From contig JAVZJR010000001.1 in the NCBI GenBank assembly GCA_038870635.1, positions 227,601 through 291,600 of the forward strand: a stretch of 64,000 nucleotides of DNA, read 5' to 3'. Source of the stretch: Candidatus Bilamarchaeaceae archaeon (lineage in GTDB: Archaea; Micrarchaeota; Micrarchaeia; Anstonellales; Bilamarchaeaceae). Under the pieces are notes generated by a model. That model did no database searches and was not told where the DNA came from. It saw only the letters and a list, made by a program, of their open reading frames with translations. The position numbers and the translations under genes are program-made. Within the stretch, counting starts at the first letter, position 1, and each line of letters opens with the position of its first letter. Positions 1 through 10,140 of this stretch are shown one piece after another.

Positions 1-374
1 ATAATTACAAAAACACGTTGGATATAGCTAAAAAAAGTTGTATTTATATATACCCAGATCCTAATAACCCATCGTGCAGTGGTTGTGTATTCACAGAAAA
101 AGCATATCTTTACGATCCGGTAATACGACCAGATGATGAATGCAAAGATTTGTGCTCTTCTAAACCAACAGGAAAAAAACAGACAGGAGCAAATGCACCT
201 TTGCTCGTAGAAGGTAACGTAGGACCAACTATTCTTACTGATGTAGCCAAACTACTAGTACCTGTGTACCTATTACCTTTATTTAACATACTTGTAACTG
301 TAATGTTTATTCGTTCCTTCTCAAGATTCTTAGGCGGTGATATAGAGATACCTGGATTGGCGAAGGTGTTGTAA
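1..374 (+). CDS. C-terminal part of a multi-pass membrane protein (CedA/VirB6-like paralog 1; 5' end probably outside the window)
   Basis: Frame is open from the window start. Cys-rich loop, then a TM helix and the tail FIRSFSRFLGGDIEIPGLAKVL, which matches the C-termini of the next three ORFs. Confidence 0.7.
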   Translation, partial: NYKNTLDIAKKSCIYIYPDPNNPSCSGCVFTEKAYLYDPVIRPDDECKDLCSSKPTGKKQTGANAPLLVEGNVGPTILTDVAKLLVPVYLLPLFNILVTVMFIRSFSRFLGGDIEIPGLAKVL

Positions 375-1336
375 TGAAAAAAATAATTATTTTGTTACTT
401 TTGATTTTACTCGCGTATGCGGCAAACCCTAGTCAAAAATTCCAAAAACCACTTCTCATAGAAACGGGTGCGACTGCAATAATTTTCTCTACATTAATAT
501 TAACACTTCTATATATGATAGGGCATGGGTTCAACATACAAACACTTGTAATGAGCAGTAAAGACGAATTATACCACCTTATAATATCAATCATTTTGCT
601 TGGAAGTTTTGTTTTAATCTCTCTATCTCTAGATAGTTTTATTGGCGGTAACGGCCTGTGGTGGGATGCTAGTAGCAAAATAGAGAAGGTTTCCTTAGGA
701 TTTAGAGTGATATTAAGTGGCATCCATTCTTTTGAAAATGTAGCGATAGAAGGAACAGAAACATTAAGTTGCCAGTTTTTCAGTGCATCGTTAACAATGT
801 CTCCTTGTGGTGGCTACTCCGCTCTCACACCGCCAGCAAACACAGCCAACTCCATACTTAGCATGGTTTTAGTTTCTTATTATGTAATACAAAATTTGTT
901 ATTGTTAGGTGTAGGCCCTGGTATAAATATTATATTCCCTCTTGGAATATTTTTTTACTCTTTTAAGTTCACAAGACCAGCTGGCTCGGTTTTAATTGCA
1001 ATAGCATTTTCTTTATATGTTTTATTACCATTAATGATAATAGTTGTAGAAGGAATTTATGACAAATATACACAAAACATAACAATTTCCAGTAAAGCAC
1101 CTGAAGCGAAGGTAATAGGATGTACTGCAGACGATAGAATTTCAACAAGTGAAAACAATGCTTTGGAGACTTATAAAAATATGAAAAAATTTTTAGAGTA
1201 TCACATGGAAGTAGTGCTAATAAAAGGTTTAATCTTTCCAATAGTCTATATACTTTCATTAGCTGCTGGAATAAGAGGAATCGCGGCTGTTGCAGGTATT
1301 GAGGTGGACGTATCTGCGATATCGAGGTTGATGTGA
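374..1336 (+). CDS. multi-pass membrane protein (CedA/VirB6-like paralog 2)
   Basis: 320 aa with several TM helices. Motif PLGIFFYSFKFTRPAGSVLIAIAFSLYVLLP. TAATG overlap with the upstream stop. Confidence 0.75.
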   Translation: MKKIIILLLLILLAYAANPSQKFQKPLLIETGATAIIFSTLILTLLYMIGHGFNIQTLVMSSKDELYHLIISIILLGSFVLISLSLDSFIGGNGLWWDASSKIEKVSLGFRVILSGIHSFENVAIEGTETLSCQFFSASLTMSPCGGYSALTPPANTANSILSMVLVSYYVIQNLLLLGVGPGINIIFPLGIFFYSFKFTRPAGSVLIAIAFSLYVLLPLMIIVVEGIYDKYTQNITISSKAPEAKVIGCTADDRISTSENNALETYKNMKKFLEYHMEVVLIKGLIFPIVYILSLAAGIRGIAAVAGIEVDVSAISRLM

Positions 1337-2379
1337 TGGTTGGAGTTTGTGAAGGTTTTCTTGCTGGCGGCGGTATAATATACAACTCCATCCTTCCACT
1401 TGCAGGTTTTGCTGCGCTTATTACAATAATTGCTATAGTAATTGCGTATTATATAGGAACATTTATAGATAACCCAAAAGTAACAGTTTGGGCAAAAACA
1501 GAGATTGTACAGGTTTTTATTTCAGTATTGGCGGTTATTATAATAATCGCAGGCATGCAATCTTTTTGTGCAATAGATTCTGGTGCTATAAGAGAAATTG
1601 TTGGGAGTAAAAACAACATAAAAGGAAACATCTTTGATGAAGCTGAAAGTTATTTAGTTAATACTACTTCGTATGGCCACTATGCTATGGGTGTAACAAG
1701 ATACTATCTTTCAGCATATGCTATTTTTATATATAGATATACTTTCTCCTGTGATTTATGGGGACTAGGTTGTCTTTTTGGTGGAAGCGGAACTTCGTAC
1801 TCCAGTTTAGCTAATTATGGTGGTAAATATGGTTCATTAAATATGCTTTTTGGATCGACAGTCCTATATTTTCTAACTTCTGCAAATATGTTGTTTATTT
1901 TATTATTCACTTACAAAGGATTTATTCTTTTTTTCTTACCTCTTGCCATCATCATTCGTTCTCTTCCATATTTACGATCGCTCGGGTCGGTTTTAATAGC
2001 TATATGCATTTCTTTTTTTCTCGTCTATCCGCTTGTCCTTTCAGTATTTTCTGTTGCAACGGACAACCTGTTTTACAAGCCGATTGTTTTAAAAGAAGAA
2101 AAATTCGAATCAAAGAGCGGCTCAAGTGAATTATTTTATGGCTCGATACTAGGAGCTCTTGGTACCTCTGTTTATACAAATGACAACGTCCTGAAAGAAG
2201 ATTTATTTGTTAATGGAAAGGATGACTACATTGAAGTATTAAAGATAATAGCTACTGCTTTCGTTATATCTTTTGTTCTTCCTTCCTTAGCACTTGCGAT
2301 AACACTTGCAAGCATTAGATATTTCGGAAGACTATATGGTGAGGATGTTGATTTAAGTAGATTATCACAATTGGTGTAA
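1336..2379 (+). CDS. multi-pass membrane protein (CedA/VirB6-like paralog 3)
   Basis: Motif PLAIIIRSLPYLRSLGSVLIAICISFFLVYP. Tail YFGRLYGEDVDLSRLSQLV. TGATG coupling to the upstream gene. Confidence 0.75.
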   Translation: MVGVCEGFLAGGGIIYNSILPLAGFAALITIIAIVIAYYIGTFIDNPKVTVWAKTEIVQVFISVLAVIIIIAGMQSFCAIDSGAIREIVGSKNNIKGNIFDEAESYLVNTTSYGHYAMGVTRYYLSAYAIFIYRYTFSCDLWGLGCLFGGSGTSYSSLANYGGKYGSLNMLFGSTVLYFLTSANMLFILLFTYKGFILFFLPLAIIIRSLPYLRSLGSVLIAICISFFLVYPLVLSVFSVATDNLFYKPIVLKEEKFESKSGSSELFYGSILGALGTSVYTNDNVLKEDLFVNGKDDYIEVLKIIATAFVISFVLPSLALAITLASIRYFGRLYGEDVDLSRLSQLV

Positions 2380-2381
2380 TT

Positions 2382-3368
2382 ATGGCTGCACAATTACCTG
2401 GTATTTGGGAGGGTGCGTGGTTGCCTTATAGTATTGCGGCAATCTTTATCGCACTTTTAATACAAGGCCTTATATATGCCATAGCCAAAGCTTTTAATCT
2501 CACTGAGTTAGAGAGAGGTACAAAATCAGAAATAATGCAGGTATTGGCTACGTTCTTTTTAGCTGTTTTTCTGGTAATAATAGTCGGGAGTCTATCTGAT
2601 TATGTTAATAGTCAAATTTATGGAACAATAATGTGTGGTGGAAAAGAGGTAACAGTAGAAAACACTGCTAGTGCCCTTTATGTTATGCAATGTAAAGTAA
2701 TAGAAAAAGCAAGAGCACTGGAAAGTATTCATCTTGCTATAAGAGAAGAGGCAAACGACGCGTATTACACATTTTACTCAAGCTTTAATGTTATGGGGGT
2801 GCCTGTTTTCTCAGGTCAATATATAAGCGGTTTATATAAAACAATAGAAAATTATAGATATAAAAACAATCTAACAACAACTCTTCTGATAGCCCTAAAT
2901 GCTCTAATAACATTTATTGCTTATATCGGAGCATCAATGCTTACTTTCTTTTTACCTTTAGGTGTTCTTCTTCGAGCTTTTTATTTTACAAGAGGAATAG
3001 GTAGTCTTTTTATATCACTAGCAATAGGATTTTACTTTATATTTCCATACGTATTTATAATTACTGACCCAGGATTTGTTAAATTACCTCCTCCTGAAAA
3101 ACCATCACCTACACTTTCTAATGAATTTTGTTATCAAACATTTTCTTCTGTAATTTCTATTGTAAATTATAATACAAAACAAGGCGAATGGAAACAACCA
3201 GCTGGCTCTGATTACTTTACCACAAATGACCTTGCAAAAATATATGCTTCATTGATATTACATCCATTAGCATCCCTATTTTTAACCATCATATTTGTAA
3301 GATATTTAATGTATCTTTTTGGAGAGGAATCATACGATTTGTTGCGTATGACGGCGAGGTTGGTATAA
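2382..3368 (+). CDS. multi-pass membrane protein (CedA/VirB6-like paralog 4)
   Basis: Motif PLGVLLRAFYFTRGIGSLFISLAIGFYFIFP. Tail YLMYLFGEESYDLLRMTARLV. Confidence 0.75.
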   Translation: MAAQLPGIWEGAWLPYSIAAIFIALLIQGLIYAIAKAFNLTELERGTKSEIMQVLATFFLAVFLVIIVGSLSDYVNSQIYGTIMCGGKEVTVENTASALYVMQCKVIEKARALESIHLAIREEANDAYYTFYSSFNVMGVPVFSGQYISGLYKTIENYRYKNNLTTTLLIALNALITFIAYIGASMLTFFLPLGVLLRAFYFTRGIGSLFISLAIGFYFIFPYVFIITDPGFVKLPPPEKPSPTLSNEFCYQTFSSVISIVNYNTKQGEWKQPAGSDYFTTNDLAKIYASLILHPLASLFLTIIFVRYLMYLFGEESYDLLRMTARLV

Positions 3369-6300
3369 TGAAGAGAGCGATTGTTCTTATGTTTGTTTTA
3401 TTTTTCATTTTTGGCTGTACAGTAGAAAAACCATTAGACAAACCCACAGAAAAAATAAGCTGTTGTAATAGAACAGTAGCAGAAAATGAGAATAGGTGTG
3501 AGTTAGTTAACCCCCCCGGACACTTCAGTTATCAACCGGGACCTTGTGACTTAGAAAAAAACACATGCAACATTACATTACTAAGTGTCCAAAAAGGCGG
3601 AACTTCAGGATCTTTGGGTGGAAGCGGCGGAATTGGAACAACACCTATAGGCGGCCAAACAAAAAAAGAAACAATAGGACTTGAAAAAAATATAATAGAG
3701 GTTCCGATATGTAGTGGAGTTACTACGGACACTTGCGTACAATCAAATTGTATGGCGATGGTTTGTGGTGATTTTCTTTACAGACCAAAACCACTACAAT
3801 CAATGCCTACTGAAGAAGAAATAGAAGCAGGTGCAGCACTGCCACTTACACAGAGCGAGGAAGAAGGTTTCTCGCTTTACAAAGCAGATTGCAAGTTTTT
3901 CAAGATGGATGAAAACCTTTCGAAATTACTTGAAAGAAGTGGTGCAGTTGTAAATAGCTTTAGATTTGGCATCGGAAGCGAACGCCCGCACTTTGAAGAT
4001 TTTGAAAGATTTAGATATTACTTTCCACCGAGTGATAAATTTTGTAGTATAAATACTAATGGAAATATAGATAGGTACTTAAATTATCTAGAGGTATGCA
4101 AAATAGTAGGCGCTGCGAACTCAATTCTTTTATGCAACCAATATAAAAACGAGTTAAACAAAACGGATCCTCTGTCCTCTATTTCAAAATATCAATGTGT
4201 ACCTTACACCGCGAGTCTAAAGGAATCAAATAAAATGAATTTTAGAAAATTATATCCTTTCTTATACACAAATAAGGAATCAAATGATAAACTAGAACCA
4301 AACAGTTATAAATTAAAAGAGAGGGGGGAGATAGACAAGGAATACTATGCAAGAGCTTTAACGGCGGAGTATAGTGACTTAATATTTAAACAAAATAAAA
4401 CTGCACCTTTTGAGTGTGAAATAGATGAATGTTTATCTGGCTTTTGTAATAAAAAAGATTATAAACGATCAGTTATATTAAAAAAAGATGGTACAAAGAT
4501 ACCTGTTGATTGCCATTACGGAACAATAAATGAAAGAAGGGTAGTTGTATGTGCTTCACATACTGCAGACCCCGAGTTCAGATGGGACAGCTCATTAGAC
4601 GATGTTAATGTTTATCCAAATTATCAAAAAATACCAGTTTATGTTTTACAGTCACACATATTAAAAGAGAGGGGTTCATGCTTTGCGGCGGCGGGTGACG
4701 AACTTTCAAAAATAAAGAAGAAGTCTTCGACATTTTTTACAGAGGCCATAAATGAAAATTGGGAAACACTTACATTTAAGGAACTTGGTGATGCAAGAAA
4801 TGGAAAATGTAAAGAAAAAATAAACCAATATTTAAAAGAAGATACATATTATGTTTTTATGTCTAATCCAGTTCATTTATTGAAAGATATAGCAACGAGA
4901 ACAAACGGAAAGGAAACTGATAATCCTTCTTATTATTGTCAAGGTGAGATCTTAGATTGCACACCACGTTATGAATTTGAAAATATTTTATATTTACCCC
5001 AAAATGAAATTTATGAAATAGAAGTAATTCCAAGTGATTTTAATAGTGCTATGGTTTCACCTAATGAAGATGATAAATGTCCTAGTGGTTATATAAAAGG
5101 TAAGAATAATATGTGTTATGCAACTTCATTAGAAAAAGGAAAAAAATATCTACCAGCAGCAACAATTTATTTTTTTAATAACCTAGATTTAGCAAAAGGT
5201 GACAACAAAAAAATAATCGGATATGGAATTGGTAAAGCAGAAAACAGTGATTTAATAAAAAAATGTAATATGAAAGAGGGCAAAGACTATGAAAATAAAG
5301 ATATAGCTATAGCTAATCCTTCAGAAATCTATATACAAAAAGAAGATAACACAGGTAGCTATCAACTTGGTTTGCAGCTAGGGATGGATACTCTCAGAGA
5401 GATAATGCCTTATTTTAATTACGATAACGACAAATATTATTTCGACTTATACAAAATAAAAGCAACAAGCATACCGTGGGTATTGGCATATATGTCATGT
5501 AAGGATGATAAAGCTAATAATTGTGAACCGATTACACTTACCAAACCGCAACAGAGAATACTTATAAGAAATAATATATTCGCATTACCACTTACTGATA
5601 ATAACAAAGTGGTACTAAATTCTGAAGATTTAGCTAGAGAGATTAGTTCTCCAACAGTCATAAATTATGTTCTAGCATCACGTTATTTTTATATTATTTA
5701 TAGCTTAGGAGATTGTGAAATGGAAGAAGGAAGCGAACTCCCGAAATTAGAAGAATATGGATGGTGCGAACCTTGTACATATGCAACAATGGCGTATAGC
5801 GGTGTTCAACCCCCACCATCTACAGAAGAAGAATCAACAAAACTTCATTATCAAAATTTACAAATTACAAATTATCTGAAGAATGGAATATTTCCTATTT
5901 TAGATTTCAGAAAAGCAGCTGAATATGTTGATCTAAGCCAATGTACATCAGATATAAATGGGCAATTACAATGTCCATCCAATGTAAAAGAACCATGGAT
6001 AAGTGAACTAAAGCTATTAGTAAAGACAGATACAAATGAAGATTTAGGACCAATTATAATCCTTGTTGGTAGCAGCAGAACAAAATACATGGTTGATCCT
6101 TGGGTGGCAAAAGAACAAACAAATAAAGTAAAAGAAATATGTAAAAAATGTTTGGCAGCAGTTCCGTTTTATGCTTCAGCGAGCTCTTACGCTACAGAAA
6201 TATATGCAGATAATGAAGTAGTAATTACAAATTATGTTGATAGAGATGTAACCAATGAAATGGGTGAGTTATTTAAAAAAGCTAATAATATTGATGTAGC

Positions 6301-7891
6301 AGTAATAGAGTTTCCTATTGCAGATGTTATGATAGATTATGCAAAAGACAGCGTCTGGTGGAACTCAAGAACAGCAAAAGAAAAAGCAGATATTGTTGTT
6401 GAAAGAATGTATAATTATGCATGGCAAATAAATTATGAAGCAAGAAAAGCAGGAAAACAACAGCCAGTACCAGTAGTGATATTATTTAACCTAGAAACAA
6501 ATGAAGAAAAAGGCTGGCCAGTCTTCAACAGTAAAGACGATACTACAGCACAAGAGAACAAAAGAAGATTTTATGCAGATTTTTTTGCTAATATATACTT
6601 ATCAAAAGATAAATTAAGAAAAGCAGGAGTTATTGGCCTTGTTTATACCCCATTGAGCGCAAAAGGACAAACACCACCAGAATATCCTGCTAATATAGGA
6701 ATAGTTAATCTTCCTACTAGTTTTGGTTCAAAATTCTGTTCTTTCCAAGAAGGAACATATGATTTTGTCAGTATTGAATTATTAAACAAAATAAATAGAA
6801 TAACGCAGCCTAAAGAAAAATGTGATATGTTTGCAAAAGAACAAACCGTGCAATTCCAACAAATATGCCGCCCAGATGCAACAGGATGGGAGGGAGATAT
6901 ATTCAACTGCACTCTTACTTGTTATAATCAAACGGATAGTTGTTCCCTTATGTGCAAGCTGCAAAAATGCACTTCAATGCCACCAGATGCAGAACATTCA
7001 GATATATACTTATCTTGTGAACCCCCAACAACAAATGGTTTCATTAATTGTATGTTTAAAAATGGAAGAAAAATAGTAGGAGAAAAAGACTACAGTGAAA
7101 CTGCCCTGTGTCAAATAAAAAGCCCATCTTTAAATCCTCAAATACAACAAAAAGAATGCAGCATAAAATGTGATAATGAAAATGGTGGTTGTAATCTAAA
7201 CTGCGTAATTCAGATATTCCCAGAGTACTACTGGTGGAAAGATTTAGCTAAGTGTTTTATAGATACTTCATCTATAACAAAAAGCTGCGGACAAAAACTC
7301 AGCCCAAGCGGTGCGATTTATTGCCAACAATGTAGCTCAAATGAGTATTGCGATGAATCCTCAATGATATGTGATGACGGTACGCAATGTGTTGCCCCAC
7401 CTGGAACAACCGGTCCTTATAAATGTCCGAAAGGATTAGTGAGTGAAAAATGCCAATTATGCAGTGAGAAAACAGGCACAGTCTCTTGTTTAATGAGAAG
7501 ATATACCGAACCGAAGGCTATTGATCGTTTTGCTATAGGGGCCGGACTAAATTATGATAGTTATTTCAAAGAAATAAAGTATTCTTCTTTAACAGATGCA
7601 GATATGGATATAATAGCAAGATTGCCAAAAACAGATAAATGCTGCCTCTTAGATGATGAAAATAAAAAATATACATACCTACTAACAGAAATGAACGCAA
7701 TAAGTAGCACTCCAGTGATATTTGCTACTGGTCAACCATCACCACAAGCAAGCTTATTACAAGATTGTGGTTTTATAGACTCAACGATAATTAATGCGCA
7801 AGGTGGGTTAAAGATATGTGGGATAACAATGACGCCAGATGAACCATTAGCATGTAAAAAAACTGGCGAGTGGGTAACTTATGATAAGTGA
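3368..7891 (+). CDS. large Cys-rich exported/lipid-anchored surface protein
   Basis: 1507 aa. Signal peptide ending FFIFGC (lipobox-like), Gly-rich linker, very many cysteines. TAATG coupling to the upstream gene. Confidence 0.8.
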   Translation: MKRAIVLMFVLFFIFGCTVEKPLDKPTEKISCCNRTVAENENRCELVNPPGHFSYQPGPCDLEKNTCNITLLSVQKGGTSGSLGGSGGIGTTPIGGQTKKETIGLEKNIIEVPICSGVTTDTCVQSNCMAMVCGDFLYRPKPLQSMPTEEEIEAGAALPLTQSEEEGFSLYKADCKFFKMDENLSKLLERSGAVVNSFRFGIGSERPHFEDFERFRYYFPPSDKFCSINTNGNIDRYLNYLEVCKIVGAANSILLCNQYKNELNKTDPLSSISKYQCVPYTASLKESNKMNFRKLYPFLYTNKESNDKLEPNSYKLKERGEIDKEYYARALTAEYSDLIFKQNKTAPFECEIDECLSGFCNKKDYKRSVILKKDGTKIPVDCHYGTINERRVVVCASHTADPEFRWDSSLDDVNVYPNYQKIPVYVLQSHILKERGSCFAAAGDELSKIKKKSSTFFTEAINENWETLTFKELGDARNGKCKEKINQYLKEDTYYVFMSNPVHLLKDIATRTNGKETDNPSYYCQGEILDCTPRYEFENILYLPQNEIYEIEVIPSDFNSAMVSPNEDDKCPSGYIKGKNNMCYATSLEKGKKYLPAATIYFFNNLDLAKGDNKKIIGYGIGKAENSDLIKKCNMKEGKDYENKDIAIANPSEIYIQKEDNTGSYQLGLQLGMDTLREIMPYFNYDNDKYYFDLYKIKATSIPWVLAYMSCKDDKANNCEPITLTKPQQRILIRNNIFALPLTDNNKVVLNSEDLAREISSPTVINYVLASRYFYIIYSLGDCEMEEGSELPKLEEYGWCEPCTYATMAYSGVQPPPSTEEESTKLHYQNLQITNYLKNGIFPILDFRKAAEYVDLSQCTSDINGQLQCPSNVKEPWISELKLLVKTDTNEDLGPIIILVGSSRTKYMVDPWVAKEQTNKVKEICKKCLAAVPFYASASSYATEIYADNEVVITNYVDRDVTNEMGELFKKANNIDVAVIEFPIADVMIDYAKDSVWWNSRTAKEKADIVVERMYNYAWQINYEARKAGKQQPVPVVILFNLETNEEKGWPVFNSKDDTTAQENKRRFYADFFANIYLSKDKLRKAGVIGLVYTPLSAKGQTPPEYPANIGIVNLPTSFGSKFCSFQEGTYDFVSIELLNKINRITQPKEKCDMFAKEQTVQFQQICRPDATGWEGDIFNCTLTCYNQTDSCSLMCKLQKCTSMPPDAEHSDIYLSCEPPTTNGFINCMFKNGRKIVGEKDYSETALCQIKSPSLNPQIQQKECSIKCDNENGGCNLNCVIQIFPEYYWWKDLAKCFIDTSSITKSCGQKLSPSGAIYCQQCSSNEYCDESSMICDDGTQCVAPPGTTGPYKCPKGLVSEKCQLCSEKTGTVSCLMRRYTEPKAIDRFAIGAGLNYDSYFKEIKYSSLTDADMDIIARLPKTDKCCLLDDENKKYTYLLTEMNAISSTPVIFATGQPSPQASLLQDCGFIDSTIINAQGGLKICGITMTPDEPLACKKTGEWVTYDK

Positions 7892-8063
7892 TCTTATGAA
7901 AGTGATGAATAAGCAAAAAATTGAAAGTACAGAACCAAAAAAATTAATAGAAGAAATAAAAAGATTAAGGAAGAGGATAAGAGAGTTAGAGCAAGAAAAT
8001 AAAATACTACAGGACCAAAACAACAAAACAAATTATAGATTATATAGAGATATAGAAAGATAA
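7881..8063 (+). CDS. small coiled-coil hypothetical protein
   Basis: Heptad pattern LIEEIKRLRKRIRELEQENKILQ. Fills the gap up to the convergent map gene; exact start uncertain. Confidence 0.5.
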   Translation: MISDLMKVMNKQKIESTEPKKLIEEIKRLRKRIRELEQENKILQDQNNKTNYRLYRDIER

Positions 8064-8990
8064 TTATTTAGTCAATATCTCACAACCATCTGTGGTAACA
8101 AGTACTGTATGTTCTGCTTGACTTACTAATCCATTCCCTGCATCTTTTAGGACAGGATACCCTGTGATTATCTGCGCTTCTAAAAGCTCTCGAAGTGCTG
8201 CGTTTACAAGTATTTTTGAATTAAACTTCCTCATTACCCACCTTTCAGCAAATGGTAATAAGTGGTATTCTTTTATTATATGTTCTAAGATTTTTTTTGA
8301 TTGACGCATAGTAGTGCTGCCAGGGCCATAAAAGCTAAATATCCCGACTTCTTCAGCATCTTCGACGTAACCAGCACCATTAGTTATAAACGGTTCTATA
8401 GCATAGATCTCTCCCTCTTTTATAATATAATCGTCATCTGTTTTTATATTTGGAATATCTATACCTGCATGTAGCAAGCCTGTTTTTATCATATGGCCGC
8501 TTAAATTGCTTATTGGCTTAAAACCATACTTCTTGGCGATTCCTTCTGTGATCGCTCCGAGGTCACCAATCTTAACACCTGGTTTTATAGCTTTTATAAC
8601 TTCAGAAAGTGCCTCTTCAGCCGCATCCACTAATTGCTTATTTTTCTCGCTTAGGTCGATAGTATAAGCAGTATCACCTATAGCACCATTAACAGATACA
8701 CCAATGTCCACTTTTAGGATATCTGTTTCCTCAACAACGGTTGTATCATCTATGGATGGTGTATAGTGTGCAGCAATACTGTTTTTTGAGAGATTCACAG
8801 GAAAGGCGGGTTTTGCTCCCTCTTTCTCTATCATATTCTCTATAGTTTCAGCAATATCCAACAATGGCTCGCCAACCATGATAAGTCTTTTGCTTTCTTC
8901 TCTTATTTTAGCTGCTATCTTTCCAGCTGCTCTAAAATCTTCGATATTGTCTTTTATATTTAATATACTTTCATCTAACTCTTCTGCCAT
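8064..8990 (-). CDS. map: methionine aminopeptidase type II
   Basis: AFPVNLS..AAHYTP, KVDIG, GDTA, LSGH, AIEPF and QAEHTV metal-binding motifs, with the type II helical insert. Confidence 0.97.
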   Translation of the reverse strand: MAEELDESILNIKDNIEDFRAAGKIAAKIREESKRLIMVGEPLLDIAETIENMIEKEGAKPAFPVNLSKNSIAAHYTPSIDDTTVVEETDILKVDIGVSVNGAIGDTAYTIDLSEKNKQLVDAAEEALSEVIKAIKPGVKIGDLGAITEGIAKKYGFKPISNLSGHMIKTGLLHAGIDIPNIKTDDDYIIKEGEIYAIEPFITNGAGYVEDAEEVGIFSFYGPGSTTMRQSKKILEHIIKEYHLLPFAERWVMRKFNSKILVNAALRELLEAQIITGYPVLKDAGNGLVSQAEHTVLVTTDGCEILTK

Positions 8991-9037
8991 ATTTTCTTTT
9001 CACAAAGAGTGTTTTTAATGCTAACGGCTATCCAAAA

Positions 9038-10090
9038 CTAAAACAAAGCAATCCAAAAAGAAGGTCGCACCAAAGCATGCTTAAATAGATTACCTAAAAA
9101 CTCCATATCGCCATATTTACTTAGAAATTCTTCTATGTTATTTTTTTTCAAAATTTTTATCTTTAACTCCATCTCAGCATCAGTTTTTTTATTTAAAAAA
9201 GAACGAATAAAATTATGTAAAAATAGTTGTTTTTGATACTTAAAACGCCATTTCAATTCGTAATCGAAGCTACTCTTTGCTGTTGCTGCTATTTCTGCAC
9301 ACCAACACCCAAAAAGAACACCTCCACCTGTAGTTGGCTTAACTTGTCCTGCTGCATCACCTACCAATCGCACGTCATAACGATTAATTTTTTTTGCAGT
9401 AGATTTTCTTACATCCAGTGGGATAACATATGCTTTTTTATTTAAAGCTTTAACATCAAGTTTCCTCTCTAATAGTTGGAAAGAGTTATTCACATTAAAA
9501 GGAAGACGAACGCCGCATCCAATTTCAAACAATCTTTGCCCTCTTGGCACTACCCAACCAAGAAAACCCGGAAAAGATGATGAAAAGAATACTTTAACTT
9601 TTTGCTCATCCCAATTAGCCCTAACTTCCCCCTGCATCGTTCCAACAAACTGGCTGATTTTTGGAAACTTAAAAAAATCTGCTGTACTAGAAAAAGCGCC
9701 ATCTGCACCTATAATTGTGCTTGCCTCATAACTACCAACAACTCTATCTTTGTATTTTAGTTTTGCTCCTTCGTCTTCTGCCATAGAAGCGAGAATCCTG
9801 TCAAATTTTTGTCGATTGCAAACAACTGCGATTGGCGTTTTTTTAGCTACTGTTATGCACTCATTACCAAAATAAATGTCTGCACCGTATATCTCATTTT
9901 CAACACTTTCTTGCCAGTTTACGTATTTTTTAAGTGTTTTTAAACCACTTAAAGAGAAGAGACCAGTGCAGGGCTTTCCACCAGCAGAGGAGTGCTCCTC
10001 GCTAATAAGAACTTTTTTACCTTCTCTTAAAGCAGCAATGGCGGCAATGCATCCAGTCGGGCCTGCGCCAACAATATGTAAATCAAACAC
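9038..10090 (-). CDS. geranylgeranyl reductase family FAD-dependent oxidoreductase
   Basis: IVGAGPTG dinucleotide-binding motif, IIGADG, WVVP, LVGDAAGQVKPTTGGG. Confidence 0.88.
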   Translation of the reverse strand: MFDLHIVGAGPTGCIAAIAALREGKKVLISEEHSSAGGKPCTGLFSLSGLKTLKKYVNWQESVENEIYGADIYFGNECITVAKKTPIAVVCNRQKFDRILASMAEDEGAKLKYKDRVVGSYEASTIIGADGAFSSTADFFKFPKISQFVGTMQGEVRANWDEQKVKVFFSSSFPGFLGWVVPRGQRLFEIGCGVRLPFNVNNSFQLLERKLDVKALNKKAYVIPLDVRKSTAKKINRYDVRLVGDAAGQVKPTTGGGVLFGCWCAEIAATAKSSFDYELKWRFKYQKQLFLHNFIRSFLNKKTDAEMELKIKILKKNNIEEFLSKYGDMEFLGNLFKHALVRPSFWIALF

Positions 10091-10140
10091 AAAAATAATT
10101 CATGTAATAGCTTTTTATTTTTTGGTTTTCAAAAGAGATT

